Shown: positions 8,427 through 16,899 of the stretch, piece after piece
Layout: each line of letters starts with the position of its first letter
How positions within the stretch are numbered: the first letter of the stretch is position 1
DNA from: Candidatus Harrisonbacteria bacterium CG10_big_fil_rev_8_21_14_0_10_49_15
GTDB lineage: Bacteria; Patescibacteriota; Minisyncoccia; UBA6257; 1-14-0-10-44-23
Direction: 5' to 3'
Assembly (NCBI GenBank): GCA_002773415.1
Contig: PFBD01000022.1
Span: 735-62,711 of the forward strand
Length of the DNA: 61,977 bases
The notes under the pieces: model-generated
The model's input: the letters and a program-made list of their open reading frames with translations, nothing else
Databases searched by the model: none
What the model was told of the DNA's origin: nothing
Translations under genes and position numbers: made by a program

Positions 8427-10208
8427 ATGGCAGAGGAAGAGAAAAAATTTTGTCAAAATTGTCAGCAGGAGTTCACGATCGAGCCGGAGGATTTTGAGTT
8501 CTACCGGCGTATTGATGTCCCGCCGCCCATGTTTTGCTGGCAATGTCGCATGCAGCGCCGATTGGCTATTCGTAACGAGCGCTCGCTATATAAGAGAGCA
8601 TGTGGGCTCTGTAAGAAAGATACAATTAGCGTCTATTCACCAGGCAAAGATCTTAATGTCTACTGCCAAGACTGCTACAAATCAGACGCCTGGGATCCGT
8701 TTAGCTATGGTCGAGACTATGACCTTAGTAAGTCTCTTTTTGAGCAGATCGATAGATTATTTCGAGAAGTTCCTAGGCCAGCACTTAACCTAACTAACGC
8801 AGTCAACTGTACCTACTCAGAAGATTGCGTTAACTCGAAAAACTGTTATTTAGTCTTTGGTGCTTATCATGCGGACAACATAATGTATAGCTACACCCCG
8901 ATTTTTTCGCGCAATTCTGTAGATGTCACTTTTACTAATCAAGTAGAGATGAGCTACGAAGTAAGCAATTCCTTTGGCCTGTACAATGTAAGGTTTGCCC
9001 ATGTTGCCGACGAATGCATGGATTCTGCCTTTTTGTATGACTGCAAGGGTAGTAAAAATTGCTTTGGTTGTGTCAATCTGCGCAACAAAAACTACTATAT
9101 CTTTAATAAGCCCTATTCCAAAAATGATTATCAGGAAGAGATTAAAAAATGGGACATCGGTAGCTACACAACTCTTCAGCGGGCAAAACAAGAATTTCAA
9201 TATCTGCTCGACAAAACACCGCGACGTTGGGCCATAACCGCAAATTCAGTAGACGTCAGCGGTAACAATATCAATCATGCTAAAAATTGCCATTATTGCT
9301 TTTCAGTTACCGAGGGTTGCGAAAACCTAAAGTTTACTGTTATGTCTGGTTTGGCCATGAAGGATAGCTATGATGTCTGGGGCGGCGGAGATAAAAGCCA
9401 ATTGCTATACGAAGTTACTGGCTGTATAGGAGGGGAGCGAGTCATGTTTACCAACAATACGCACGGTTGTGTCAATGTGCAGTATTCTAATAAGTGTTTT
9501 CACTCTCAAAATCTCTTTGGCTGTGCCGGTATTAAAAAGAAAAACTACTGTATCCTAAACAAGCCGTATTCAAAAAGCGAGTACCATGCTTTGCTTCCCA
9601 GAATAATTGAGTCTGCTAAAAATAATCCCTTTATTGATAGGGCCGGACGAGAATACCGCTATGGCGAGTTCTTTCCTATGGAGCATATGCCTGTCGCGTA
9701 CAATGAATCAAATGCCTACGAACGTTTCCCGCTTACAAAACAGGAGGCAGAAGAGAAGGGGTTTTCTTGGCACTCCGAGCCAGAACGCAATTACACGATA
9801 ACTATGCAGACAGGCAGCCTTCCCGATCATATTAAAGACGCGCCAGACAGCATAACCAATGAGGTAATAGCCTGTGAGCATGCCGGCTCTTGTCAAGAAC
9901 ACTGCACTACTGCCTTTAAAATTACTCCTTCCGAACTAGACTTTTATCGACAAATTAATATTGCTTTACCCAGACTCTGCCCAAACTGTCGCCATGGCCA
10001 AAGAGACAAGAGAAGAAATGGGATGTTTGAGCTTCATGATCGCACCTGTCAGTGTGCTGGAGAAAGGTCAGAAAACGGGCTTTACCAAAACGAAATGAAA
10101 CATTTTCACGGTACAGAACACTGCCCGAATAGTTTTAAATCTGCTTTTGCGCCTGAAAGGAAGGAAATCATGTATTGCGAAAAATGTTATCAAGCTGAGC
10201 TTATTTAA
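8427..10208 (+). CDS. Cys-rich double zinc-ribbon protein, paralog 4
   Basis: 593-aa ORF. It is unique in having an extra CGLCKK...VYCQDCY knuckle after the first ribbon. Tail is ...IMYCEKCYQAELI. Confidence 0.85.
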   Translation: MAEEEKKFCQNCQQEFTIEPEDFEFYRRIDVPPPMFCWQCRMQRRLAIRNERSLYKRACGLCKKDTISVYSPGKDLNVYCQDCYKSDAWDPFSYGRDYDLSKSLFEQIDRLFREVPRPALNLTNAVNCTYSEDCVNSKNCYLVFGAYHADNIMYSYTPIFSRNSVDVTFTNQVEMSYEVSNSFGLYNVRFAHVADECMDSAFLYDCKGSKNCFGCVNLRNKNYYIFNKPYSKNDYQEEIKKWDIGSYTTLQRAKQEFQYLLDKTPRRWAITANSVDVSGNNINHAKNCHYCFSVTEGCENLKFTVMSGLAMKDSYDVWGGGDKSQLLYEVTGCIGGERVMFTNNTHGCVNVQYSNKCFHSQNLFGCAGIKKKNYCILNKPYSKSEYHALLPRIIESAKNNPFIDRAGREYRYGEFFPMEHMPVAYNESNAYERFPLTKQEAEEKGFSWHSEPERNYTITMQTGSLPDHIKDAPDSITNEVIACEHAGSCQEHCTTAFKITPSELDFYRQINIALPRLCPNCRHGQRDKRRNGMFELHDRTCQCAGERSENGLYQNEMKHFHGTEHCPNSFKSAFAPERKEIMYCEKCYQAELI

Positions 10209-10317
10209 TCATGAGCAATCTCAAACTTCGCCTAATGCATCTGACTGGTATCATCCGCTTTGGCTGGGGGATGGTTAAGATGAAAACGCGTATTTTTATC
10301 AGAAAAAGATTTAAAAT

Positions 10318-12084
10318 ATGAGCACAGAGACCCGTCAGTGCCAAAACTGCAAGCAGAATTTCTCCATTGAACCGGAGGATTTTGAGTTTTACGAAATGAT
10401 GCAGGTACCGCCGCCGACATTTTGTCCACAGTGTCGTTTTCAGCGCCGATTCTCCTTCTATAATCAGTTTCAGTTATTTAGGAAGGAAGACGCGCATACT
10501 GGAAATGAGATCTTCTCCACATTTCCGGCGCAGGCACCAATTAAAATCTACGAAAACGAGTATTGGTATTCCGACAGCTGGGACCCGATGAGTTACGGGC
10601 GTGATTATGATTTCTCTCGGCCGTTCTTTGAGCAGTACCGAAATCTGATGCGCGAAGTGCCATGGTTGTCTCGCTCCATTCAGCGTTTAGTGAATAGCGA
10701 CTACTGCAACCAGGCCTCAGACCTCAAAAACAGCTACCTTTGTTTTAATGGTGACAGCGGGGAAGAATGCCAGTACTGCATTTCCTTCAATCGCCTGAAG
10801 AACTGTATGGATCTATATCAGGCTAGCGATAATGAGCTTTGTTATGGAGGATTTAGTATCGCCGAAAGCTATCGCGATTTTTTTGGCTGCGCAAATGTCG
10901 GCTGCCAAAATACCTGGTTTTCCAGGAACTGCATTGACTGCGCCGACTGCTTCGGCTGCATAAACTTACGCCACAAAAAGTACCACATCTTCAATCAGCC
11001 ATACACAAAATATGAGTATCAGAAGAAGATAAAAGAGTTTGCTCTGCATACGGATACGGGTCTGCAATCAGCTAAGCAGGCCGCGCATGAATTCTGGCTC
11101 CGTAATCCGCTTCGCTATATGTCCGGCGCGCTGAACGAACAGGTGACGGGCGAATATATCTGGGAGTCAAAAAATGTAAAAAATTCATATCAAATAGTTA
11201 AAGGAGAGAACGTGCGCTACTCTGTTAACGCCGTTGAAGGAGTGAAAGACTCTTGGGACTACTCAAACTGGGGTGGCGGATCTGAGTTAATGTACGAAGC
11301 CGCGGTTTGCGGAGAAAAGTGCAGTGGGCTTAAGTTCTGCCTTGATTGTTGGCCGAACATGACGGACTCTGAATACTGCGTCAACTGCCATTCCTCCTCT
11401 AATCTGTTCGCCTGCGTTGGCTTGCGCTCTAAGCAGTACTGTATCTTCAACAAGCAGTATTCAAAGGAAGAGTACGAAGAATTAGTGCCAAAGATAAAGG
11501 CGCACATGAACGAAACGCCTTATACCGATGTCGGCGGCCGAGTATATAAGTACGGAGAATTTTTCCCGGCCGAATTCAGCCCCCTTGCCTATAATGAATC
11601 CGCTTCGCAAAGCTATCTGCCTCTTTCTAGGGAACAGGCAGAGGCCCAATCGCTACTTTGGCGGGATACTCCCAAAAAGGAGTTTCAGGTAACAATGCAG
11701 GCTACGGACCTTCCGGATGCGATCGCCGATGTGCAAGATTCAATTCTCAAAGAAGCGATTGCCTGTGGCGAATGCAAGCGCGCCTACCGCATCATTCCCA
11801 AGGAGCTAGAGTTTTATCGCCGCTTTGAACTACCGCTGCCACGTCGGTGCGCTGACTGTCGGCGAAATGAGCGCCTTCAATTCCGTAATCCAGTAAAGCA
11901 GTACGAGCGCCAGTGTCAGTGCGCTGGGGAAAAATCTAGCAACGGCGCTTACCAGAATCAAAACAAAGATCACCGGGTACATAACCCAGGCGAGCCGTGC
12001 CCGAATGAATTTCAAACTTCCTACGCCCCCGATCGAGAAGAAATAGTATATTGTGAATCATGCTATCAGCAGGAAGTCATATGA
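10318..12084 (+). CDS. Cys-rich double zinc-ribbon protein, paralog 5
   Basis: 588-aa ORF. HTGNEIFSTFP subtype like paralog 3. Tail is ...IVYCESCYQQEVI. Confidence 0.85.
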   Translation: MSTETRQCQNCKQNFSIEPEDFEFYEMMQVPPPTFCPQCRFQRRFSFYNQFQLFRKEDAHTGNEIFSTFPAQAPIKIYENEYWYSDSWDPMSYGRDYDFSRPFFEQYRNLMREVPWLSRSIQRLVNSDYCNQASDLKNSYLCFNGDSGEECQYCISFNRLKNCMDLYQASDNELCYGGFSIAESYRDFFGCANVGCQNTWFSRNCIDCADCFGCINLRHKKYHIFNQPYTKYEYQKKIKEFALHTDTGLQSAKQAAHEFWLRNPLRYMSGALNEQVTGEYIWESKNVKNSYQIVKGENVRYSVNAVEGVKDSWDYSNWGGGSELMYEAAVCGEKCSGLKFCLDCWPNMTDSEYCVNCHSSSNLFACVGLRSKQYCIFNKQYSKEEYEELVPKIKAHMNETPYTDVGGRVYKYGEFFPAEFSPLAYNESASQSYLPLSREQAEAQSLLWRDTPKKEFQVTMQATDLPDAIADVQDSILKEAIACGECKRAYRIIPKELEFYRRFELPLPRRCADCRRNERLQFRNPVKQYERQCQCAGEKSSNGAYQNQNKDHRVHNPGEPCPNEFQTSYAPDREEIVYCESCYQQEVI

Positions 12085-12131
12085 ACATAAGAACAGCCTG
12101 CCCCGTAGTGAGCTTTGCTCTAGTACTGGGG

Positions 12132-12155
12132 TGCTACCAAGCGGAAGTGGTCTGA
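12132..12155 (+). pseudogene. Orphan 3'-terminal stub of the Cys-rich paralog family (CYQAEVV*)
   Basis: tgc tac caa gcg gaa gtg gtc tga, 48 nt after the paralog 5 stop and directly after a ccccgta...tactgggg hairpin repeat. Confidence 0.5.
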
Positions 12156-12243
12156 AAACGGATCGCAGGAATGTTGCAGGCCGTTTTCGTGAGCCGTTCC
12201 TGAAGTGGTATACTAAATAGAACTAATCAACCTGGTTTATCAA

Positions 12244-13686
12244 ATGGCACAAGGAAAGATTCAGATAATTAAATACGCACCGCCGCCGCCGGAGTTGCCC
12301 GTCATGGGTAAGGGCAGTCCGGAGGAGATCTGCTTCATCGGCCGGACCAACTACGTGGCCGCGCTTGAGGAAAAGAAGTTTGTTTTTGGTATCAAAAGGG
12401 ACGACCGCCGCCGCCACGTCTACATTGTTGGTAAGTCCGGTGTCGGTAAATCAAAGCTCTTGGAGTTGCTGCTACGCCAAGACGTGGCTTATGGCAAGGG
12501 GCTCTGCTTGATGGATCCGCACGGCGACGTTATTGAAGACCTGCTCGTGGCCATTCCCAAGGAGCGCATTAAAGACGTCTGTATCATTGATCCGGCAGAC
12601 AGCGAGTACCCGGCTTCGTTTAACCCGCTGGCCAACGTGAACGTAGACTTTAAGCACCAGCTGACCCAAGGCCTGATCGAGGTCATGGAAAAGCAGTTCG
12701 GTGCCAACTGGACGCCGCGTCTGGAGCACGTTTTCCGCTTCACCACCCTGGCTCTTTTAGACTACCCGCACGCGACCATGCGCGGCATGATCAGCATGCT
12801 CACAGACCGTAACTACCGCCAAAAAGTGATTGAGTACATAGAAGACGACATGGTCAAGCGCTTCTGGGCAATTGAATTCGCAGACTGGTCTGAAAAGTTT
12901 GATACCGACGCCATCATCCCGCTCGTTAACAAGCTCGGCCAGTTTTTATCCGATCCAATGCTGCGCAACATCTTCGGTCAAAAAGAGAACAAGATAGACC
13001 TGGAGAGGTTGATGAACGAAAAGAAAATAGTTCTAATAAACTTGTCTAAGGGCCGCCTTGGCGAAGAAAACTCCAGCTTCTTTGGTGCTATGTTCTTGAC
13101 CAAGATTAAACAGGCCGGTATGCAACGCGCCCGCATGCCTGAAAAAGACCGCACCGACTTCTACCTGTACGTGGACGAGTTTCAAAACGTGGTTACGGAG
13201 ACCTTTGAAAACCTCATGTCCGAGGCGCGTAAATACGGCATCGCCATCACCATCGCCCACCAGTACATGGGTCAGCTCTTGCCCAAGGTCCTCTCTGCCG
13301 TGCTTGGTAACACCGGTACCATGATCAGCTTCCGTGTTGGTGGCGCGGACGCCGAGGTCCTGGAGTACGAGTTTGCCCCAATTTTTAAAGTGAAAGACTT
13401 CATCAACCTGGGTAAGCAAGAGTTTTACATCAAATTGATGATCGACGGCGAGTCTTACGACCCGTTCTCCGCCGCGACTCTATTCGTTAAAAAGCCGGTC
13501 CACCAGTCCTATCGAGAAGAAATCATCGCCTCAAGTCGCGAGCAGTTTGCCATCACCGCCGGCGCCGCCAAAAAGTTGATAGAAGAAGAAGAATCTACTA
13601 TTATCCGAAGTGCCAGCGAAAAGGCCATCATCACCGGCCAAAAGGTAGATACTAGTATTGAAGAACACCCCGAGCCATTGATCTAG
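12244..13686 (+). CDS. TraD/VirD4-like P-loop ATPase (T4SS coupling-protein-like, soluble)
   Basis: 480 aa. Walker A is VGKSGVGKS and Walker B-like is FYLYVDEFQN. ARKYGIAITIAHQYMGQL resembles the TraG/TraD C-terminal region. No N-terminal TM segments visible. Confidence 0.75.
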   Translation: MAQGKIQIIKYAPPPPELPVMGKGSPEEICFIGRTNYVAALEEKKFVFGIKRDDRRRHVYIVGKSGVGKSKLLELLLRQDVAYGKGLCLMDPHGDVIEDLLVAIPKERIKDVCIIDPADSEYPASFNPLANVNVDFKHQLTQGLIEVMEKQFGANWTPRLEHVFRFTTLALLDYPHATMRGMISMLTDRNYRQKVIEYIEDDMVKRFWAIEFADWSEKFDTDAIIPLVNKLGQFLSDPMLRNIFGQKENKIDLERLMNEKKIVLINLSKGRLGEENSSFFGAMFLTKIKQAGMQRARMPEKDRTDFYLYVDEFQNVVTETFENLMSEARKYGIAITIAHQYMGQLLPKVLSAVLGNTGTMISFRVGGADAEVLEYEFAPIFKVKDFINLGKQEFYIKLMIDGESYDPFSAATLFVKKPVHQSYREEIIASSREQFAITAGAAKKLIEEEESTIIRSASEKAIITGQKVDTSIEEHPEPLI

Positions 13687-13704
13687 CAAAGCTAGATCAA
13701 TGGC
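13674..13704 (+). terminator. 14-bp perfect hairpin overlapping the ATPase stop codon
   Basis: gccattgatctagc aaa gctagatcaatggc. There is no clear T-run, so the terminator function is uncertain. Confidence 0.4.
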
Positions 13705-13752
13705 AATTTCTAAGTTCTAATATCTAAATTCTAAATAAATTCCAAATATCAA

Positions 13753-13821
13753 ACCAGCTACGCCCCCGACCGTCCGGAAATCGTGTACTGCGAAACCTGC
13801 TACCAAAATGAAGTCGCCTAG
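13753..13821 (+). pseudogene. Orphan 3'-terminal stub of the Cys-rich paralog family (TSYAPDRPEIVYCETCYQNEVA*)
   Basis: A 22-codon in-frame match to the conserved tail of paralogs 1-5, with no upstream gene body. Confidence 0.75.
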
Positions 13822-13886
13822 GCTATTCGCGAGTAGAAAACACCTCTTAATTGATTGTTAATGACTAACCGTGGTAACATTTAGCC

Positions 13887-14117
13887 ATGAAAAAATCGAC
13901 TCAAAAATTTACAGCTGTCTATAGGAAATCAGGCAAATGGTATATCGGTTGGATAGAAGAAGTCCCCGGGGCTAATACCCAGGGTAAAACTATCAAAGAG
14001 CTTAAAGAAAACTTGAAAGAAGCTGTAACGCTGATTTTAGAATCAAACCGAATACTGAATCGCGAAATCACCGACGATGGCAAAGTAACTCGCGAAAAAC
14101 TAACGGTTTCCCTCTAG
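13887..14117 (+). CDS. hicB: HicB-family antitoxin
   Basis: 76 aa. KFTAVYRKSGKWYIGWIEEVPGANTQGKTIKELKENLKEAVTLILE is the HicB N-terminal fold pattern. TAACAT at 13875-13880 lies 6 nt before the ATG. Confidence 0.75.
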   Translation: MKKSTQKFTAVYRKSGKWYIGWIEEVPGANTQGKTIKELKENLKEAVTLILESNRILNREITDDGKVTREKLTVSL

Positions 14118-14314
14118 TCTTTACTAAGACGAAGCGAGTCACGCTTATAAAGCATATCCGGAAAAGCGGATGTGTATTTGTTCGTGAGGGCGCGAAACAT
14201 AGCCTATTTTTTAATCCAAGTAATCATCGATTTTCAACTGTGCCACGACACACGGAAATTGATAAATTTCTGGCCAGAAAAATTTGCCGAGATCTTGGGA
14301 TTATAGAAGTATGA
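14117..14314 (+). pseudogene. hicA: HicA-like toxin reading frame lacking any ATG/GTG/TTG start
   Basis: Open frame ...TKTKRVTLIKHIRKSGCVFVREGAKHSLFFNPSNHRFSTVPRHTEIDKFLARKICRDLGIIEV* is HicA-like. The first in-frame canonical start is too late (a GTG near the end). Absent from the ORF track. Confidence 0.5.
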
Positions 14315-14366
14315 CCGCCCAGAAATATTGTACTGCGAGCAGTGCTATCAGCAGGAGGTGGCCTGA
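14313..14366 (+). pseudogene. Orphan 3'-terminal stub of the Cys-rich paralog family (DRPEILYCEQCYQQEVA*)
   Basis: A 17-codon match to the paralog tail that begins inside the hicA-like stop codon. Confidence 0.7.
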
Positions 14367-14425
14367 CCAATGGATAAGCCTATTCCGTATTGACAAAGTC
14401 AATACGTTGTGTATACTAAGAGTAT

Positions 14426-14713
14426 ATGAATAAATCACAATCTCAAATCCAGGTTAGGATTGACAGTAAAACTAAAAAAGAAGCCAGCAACACCCTCAGT
14501 GAATTAGGTTTAGATTTGTCTTCCGCTATTAAGCTATTTCTTCGCAGCGTTATTGTTACGCAGTCTATTCCCTTTGATATTAGAACCAAGAACGGATTTA
14601 CTCGTGCGCAGGAGAGAAAGATTCTAAAAGAGACGGAAATGGCAATAAAGCACGGAAAAAGATATTCCAGCGCAAAAGAGTTGCACGCCAGCATCTTTAC
14701 CGATGAGGAATAG
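14426..14713 (+). CDS. RelB/DinJ-family antitoxin
   Basis: 95 aa. IQVRIDSKTKKEASNTLSELGLDLSSAIKLFLRSVIVTQSIPFDI is the ribbon-helix-helix DinJ pattern. TATACT at 14412-14417 lies 8 nt before the ATG. Confidence 0.75.
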   Translation: MNKSQSQIQVRIDSKTKKEASNTLSELGLDLSSAIKLFLRSVIVTQSIPFDIRTKNGFTRAQERKILKETEMAIKHGKRYSSAKELHASIFTDEE

Positions 14714-14887
14714 AAAGACATGAAGTACTCAATCGTTGAGCTTCGTAAATATCGGGAGCCATCCAAAACTGTTTAAAGATTGATCTTCGCTCATCTAATC
14801 TTCATATTGTTTTCACTTTAATTGAGTAAAAGGCTGGCACGCTTCTCGCTAGTTTGATTTTCCCCTAATCAGCTAATCAGCTCGGGC

Positions 14888-15193
14888 ATGATTCTCATTT
14901 ACACAACTCACAAAAATACCGAGGCGGCCGTCAACATAGGCGACCTCCTCATCAAAGATAAGCTCGCGGCCTGCGTTAACATCTGGCCGATTCAGTCTAT
15001 CTATCGCGACGGTGATGAAATAAAAAGCCACCTAGAAGCGGCCATGCTCATCAAAACCTTTGAGCAAAAACTGCAGCAGATAGAGGAGGTAATAGAGAAA
15101 AATCATCCCGACAAAACGCCCTTTATCGGCGCCGTGGATGTCCGCCGCTTTAACCGAAGCTACCGCGAGTGGATGATGGAGGTGGTGAAGTAG
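14888..15193 (+). CDS. cutA: Divalent-cation tolerance protein CutA
   Basis: 101 aa. LAACVNIWPIQSIYRDGDEI...ML.IKT is the CutA1 pattern. Confidence 0.8.
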   Translation: MILIYTTHKNTEAAVNIGDLLIKDKLAACVNIWPIQSIYRDGDEIKSHLEAAMLIKTFEQKLQQIEEVIEKNHPDKTPFIGAVDVRRFNRSYREWMMEVVK

Positions 15194-15279
15194 GGGAATA
15201 ACCCCTCCCAGCCTCCCCTTACTCTAAGAGGAGGAGTTCACTTTACATTTTCTGAAAAAGAAGGTATTTTATTTACATT

Positions 15280-16821
15280 ATGAAATTTTCAATATCCTCA
15301 AAACTAAATAAAGCCAGTATTAAAAATGTTGAAGCCTTCTTTTTGCCGGTCTGGGTAGAGAAGGAGCGCTATCAGTATGACGACGCTGTCTCGGTTTTAG
15401 ACGCTGCAGACCAAAAACTGGTCAAGAACTTCCTGAAGGAACGCGAGCCTAAGGCGGGCGAGGTGCACCTTATCCGGCTCAACAAAAAGCCGGGCTTTGT
15501 GTTCTTGTCCGTGGAAAAGGAGTTTAATGGAAAAAAGCTGACCTTGCTCGCGCGCAAGTATATCCGCACCGCTAAAAAGCAAGGCTTTAAGGAAGTAGGC
15601 ATCTACATTGACGACCTCGCAGATGATGACCTGGCCAAGACTGAAATCGCCGGCTTATTCGTCCGCAACTCCCTGCTTGCCCACTACGACTTTAGCGAGG
15701 AGTTCAAAGCCGCCCCTAAGGACGGTTGGAAGCGCGTTCAAAACCTAACCATCTTTAGCGACCATGATGAAAAAGAGTTGCGCGCCACTGTAAAAGAAAA
15801 CGAAATAATCGCCGAAGGCGTAAACCGATGCCGTACTCTGAGTAACTACCCGCCCGTAAAGATGACTCCAGAGGGGCTGGCCGAAGCGGCACGAGATGTA
15901 GCCAACGAGTGCCGGCCCGCCAAAGGCGGTGCCAGCTCTATCAAAGTGACTGTTTTTGATGAGAAGAAGCTGTACAGCGAAGGCATGAACGCCATTTTAG
16001 CGGTTGGCGGCGGATCAGATAATCCGCCACGTCTAGTCATTATGGAGTATAAAGGAGGTCAAGATGGAGACCAGCCGCTCGCAATAGTCGGCAAAGGAAT
16101 CACCTTTGACTCCGGTGGCTTGAATATCAAGCCCGGCGAATACATGAGCGACATGCACATGGATATGAGTGGTGGCTCGGCCACTATCTACGCGGTAGCG
16201 GCTATCGCCAAACTAAAACTGCCAATAAACGTTATCGGTTTTATTCCGGCCGCGGAAAACATGCCAAGTGGTAAAAGCTACCGCCAGAACGACATCATCA
16301 CCGCTTATGGCGGCAAGACCATGGAGATAGGCAATACCGACGCCGAGGGGCGCGTGGTTATGGCTGACGCGATTGAATACGCAAAGACAAAGAAGCCAGC
16401 CCTGCTCATGACCATCGCCACTCTTACCGGCGCCGCCATGGTCGCGCTCGGCACGCGCTGGAGCGGCCTCTTTGTAAAGGATAATAAGGATCTCCGCGCC
16501 GCCCTGGAGAGTATTGGCGAGACCTCTGGCGACGCCGTCTGGCCACTACCGCTGACTGAGCAAAATGAAAAGGAGGTGGAAGGTATTTTCGCAGATGTTA
16601 CCAACACCCACAAATCCAACTCCCGCTATGGCGGTGCCAGCTCAGCCGCCGGATTCCTATCGCAGTTTGCCGGCGACCAAACTTTCGCACACCTAGACAT
16701 GGCTCCGCGCATGACCACAAACCCGGAAGAAGAGGCCCTTAGCTGCGGCGCCGCCGGTTTTGGTGTAGCCTACTTTGTAGAACTCGCGAAGCACTGGGAA
16801 ACCATCAGAAGTACGCTATAA
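15280..16821 (+). CDS. pepA: Leucyl aminopeptidase (M17)
   Basis: VGKGITFDSGGLNIKPG, DMSGGSA and NTDAEGRVVMADA motifs. Confidence 0.92.
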   Translation: MKFSISSKLNKASIKNVEAFFLPVWVEKERYQYDDAVSVLDAADQKLVKNFLKEREPKAGEVHLIRLNKKPGFVFLSVEKEFNGKKLTLLARKYIRTAKKQGFKEVGIYIDDLADDDLAKTEIAGLFVRNSLLAHYDFSEEFKAAPKDGWKRVQNLTIFSDHDEKELRATVKENEIIAEGVNRCRTLSNYPPVKMTPEGLAEAARDVANECRPAKGGASSIKVTVFDEKKLYSEGMNAILAVGGGSDNPPRLVIMEYKGGQDGDQPLAIVGKGITFDSGGLNIKPGEYMSDMHMDMSGGSATIYAVAAIAKLKLPINVIGFIPAAENMPSGKSYRQNDIITAYGGKTMEIGNTDAEGRVVMADAIEYAKTKKPALLMTIATLTGAAMVALGTRWSGLFVKDNKDLRAALESIGETSGDAVWPLPLTEQNEKEVEGIFADVTNTHKSNSRYGGASSAAGFLSQFAGDQTFAHLDMAPRMTTNPEEEALSCGAAGFGVAYFVELAKHWETIRSTL

Positions 16822-16835
16822 TATAAGTAACCTGT

Positions 16836-16899
16836 CGGGTAGTGAAATGCGACCCGCCCGCAGGACACGCTGATCAAGCGGTCGCATTTCTACTACCCG
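16836..16899 (+). promoter_or_regulatory. Long leader hairpin ending at the start codon of the second TraD-like gene
   Basis: cgggtagtgaaatgcgacc (16836-16854) pairs with ggtcgcatttctactacccg (16880-16899) with one bulge. The ATG is at 16900. TATAAT at 16817-16822 lies upstream. Confidence 0.45.
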
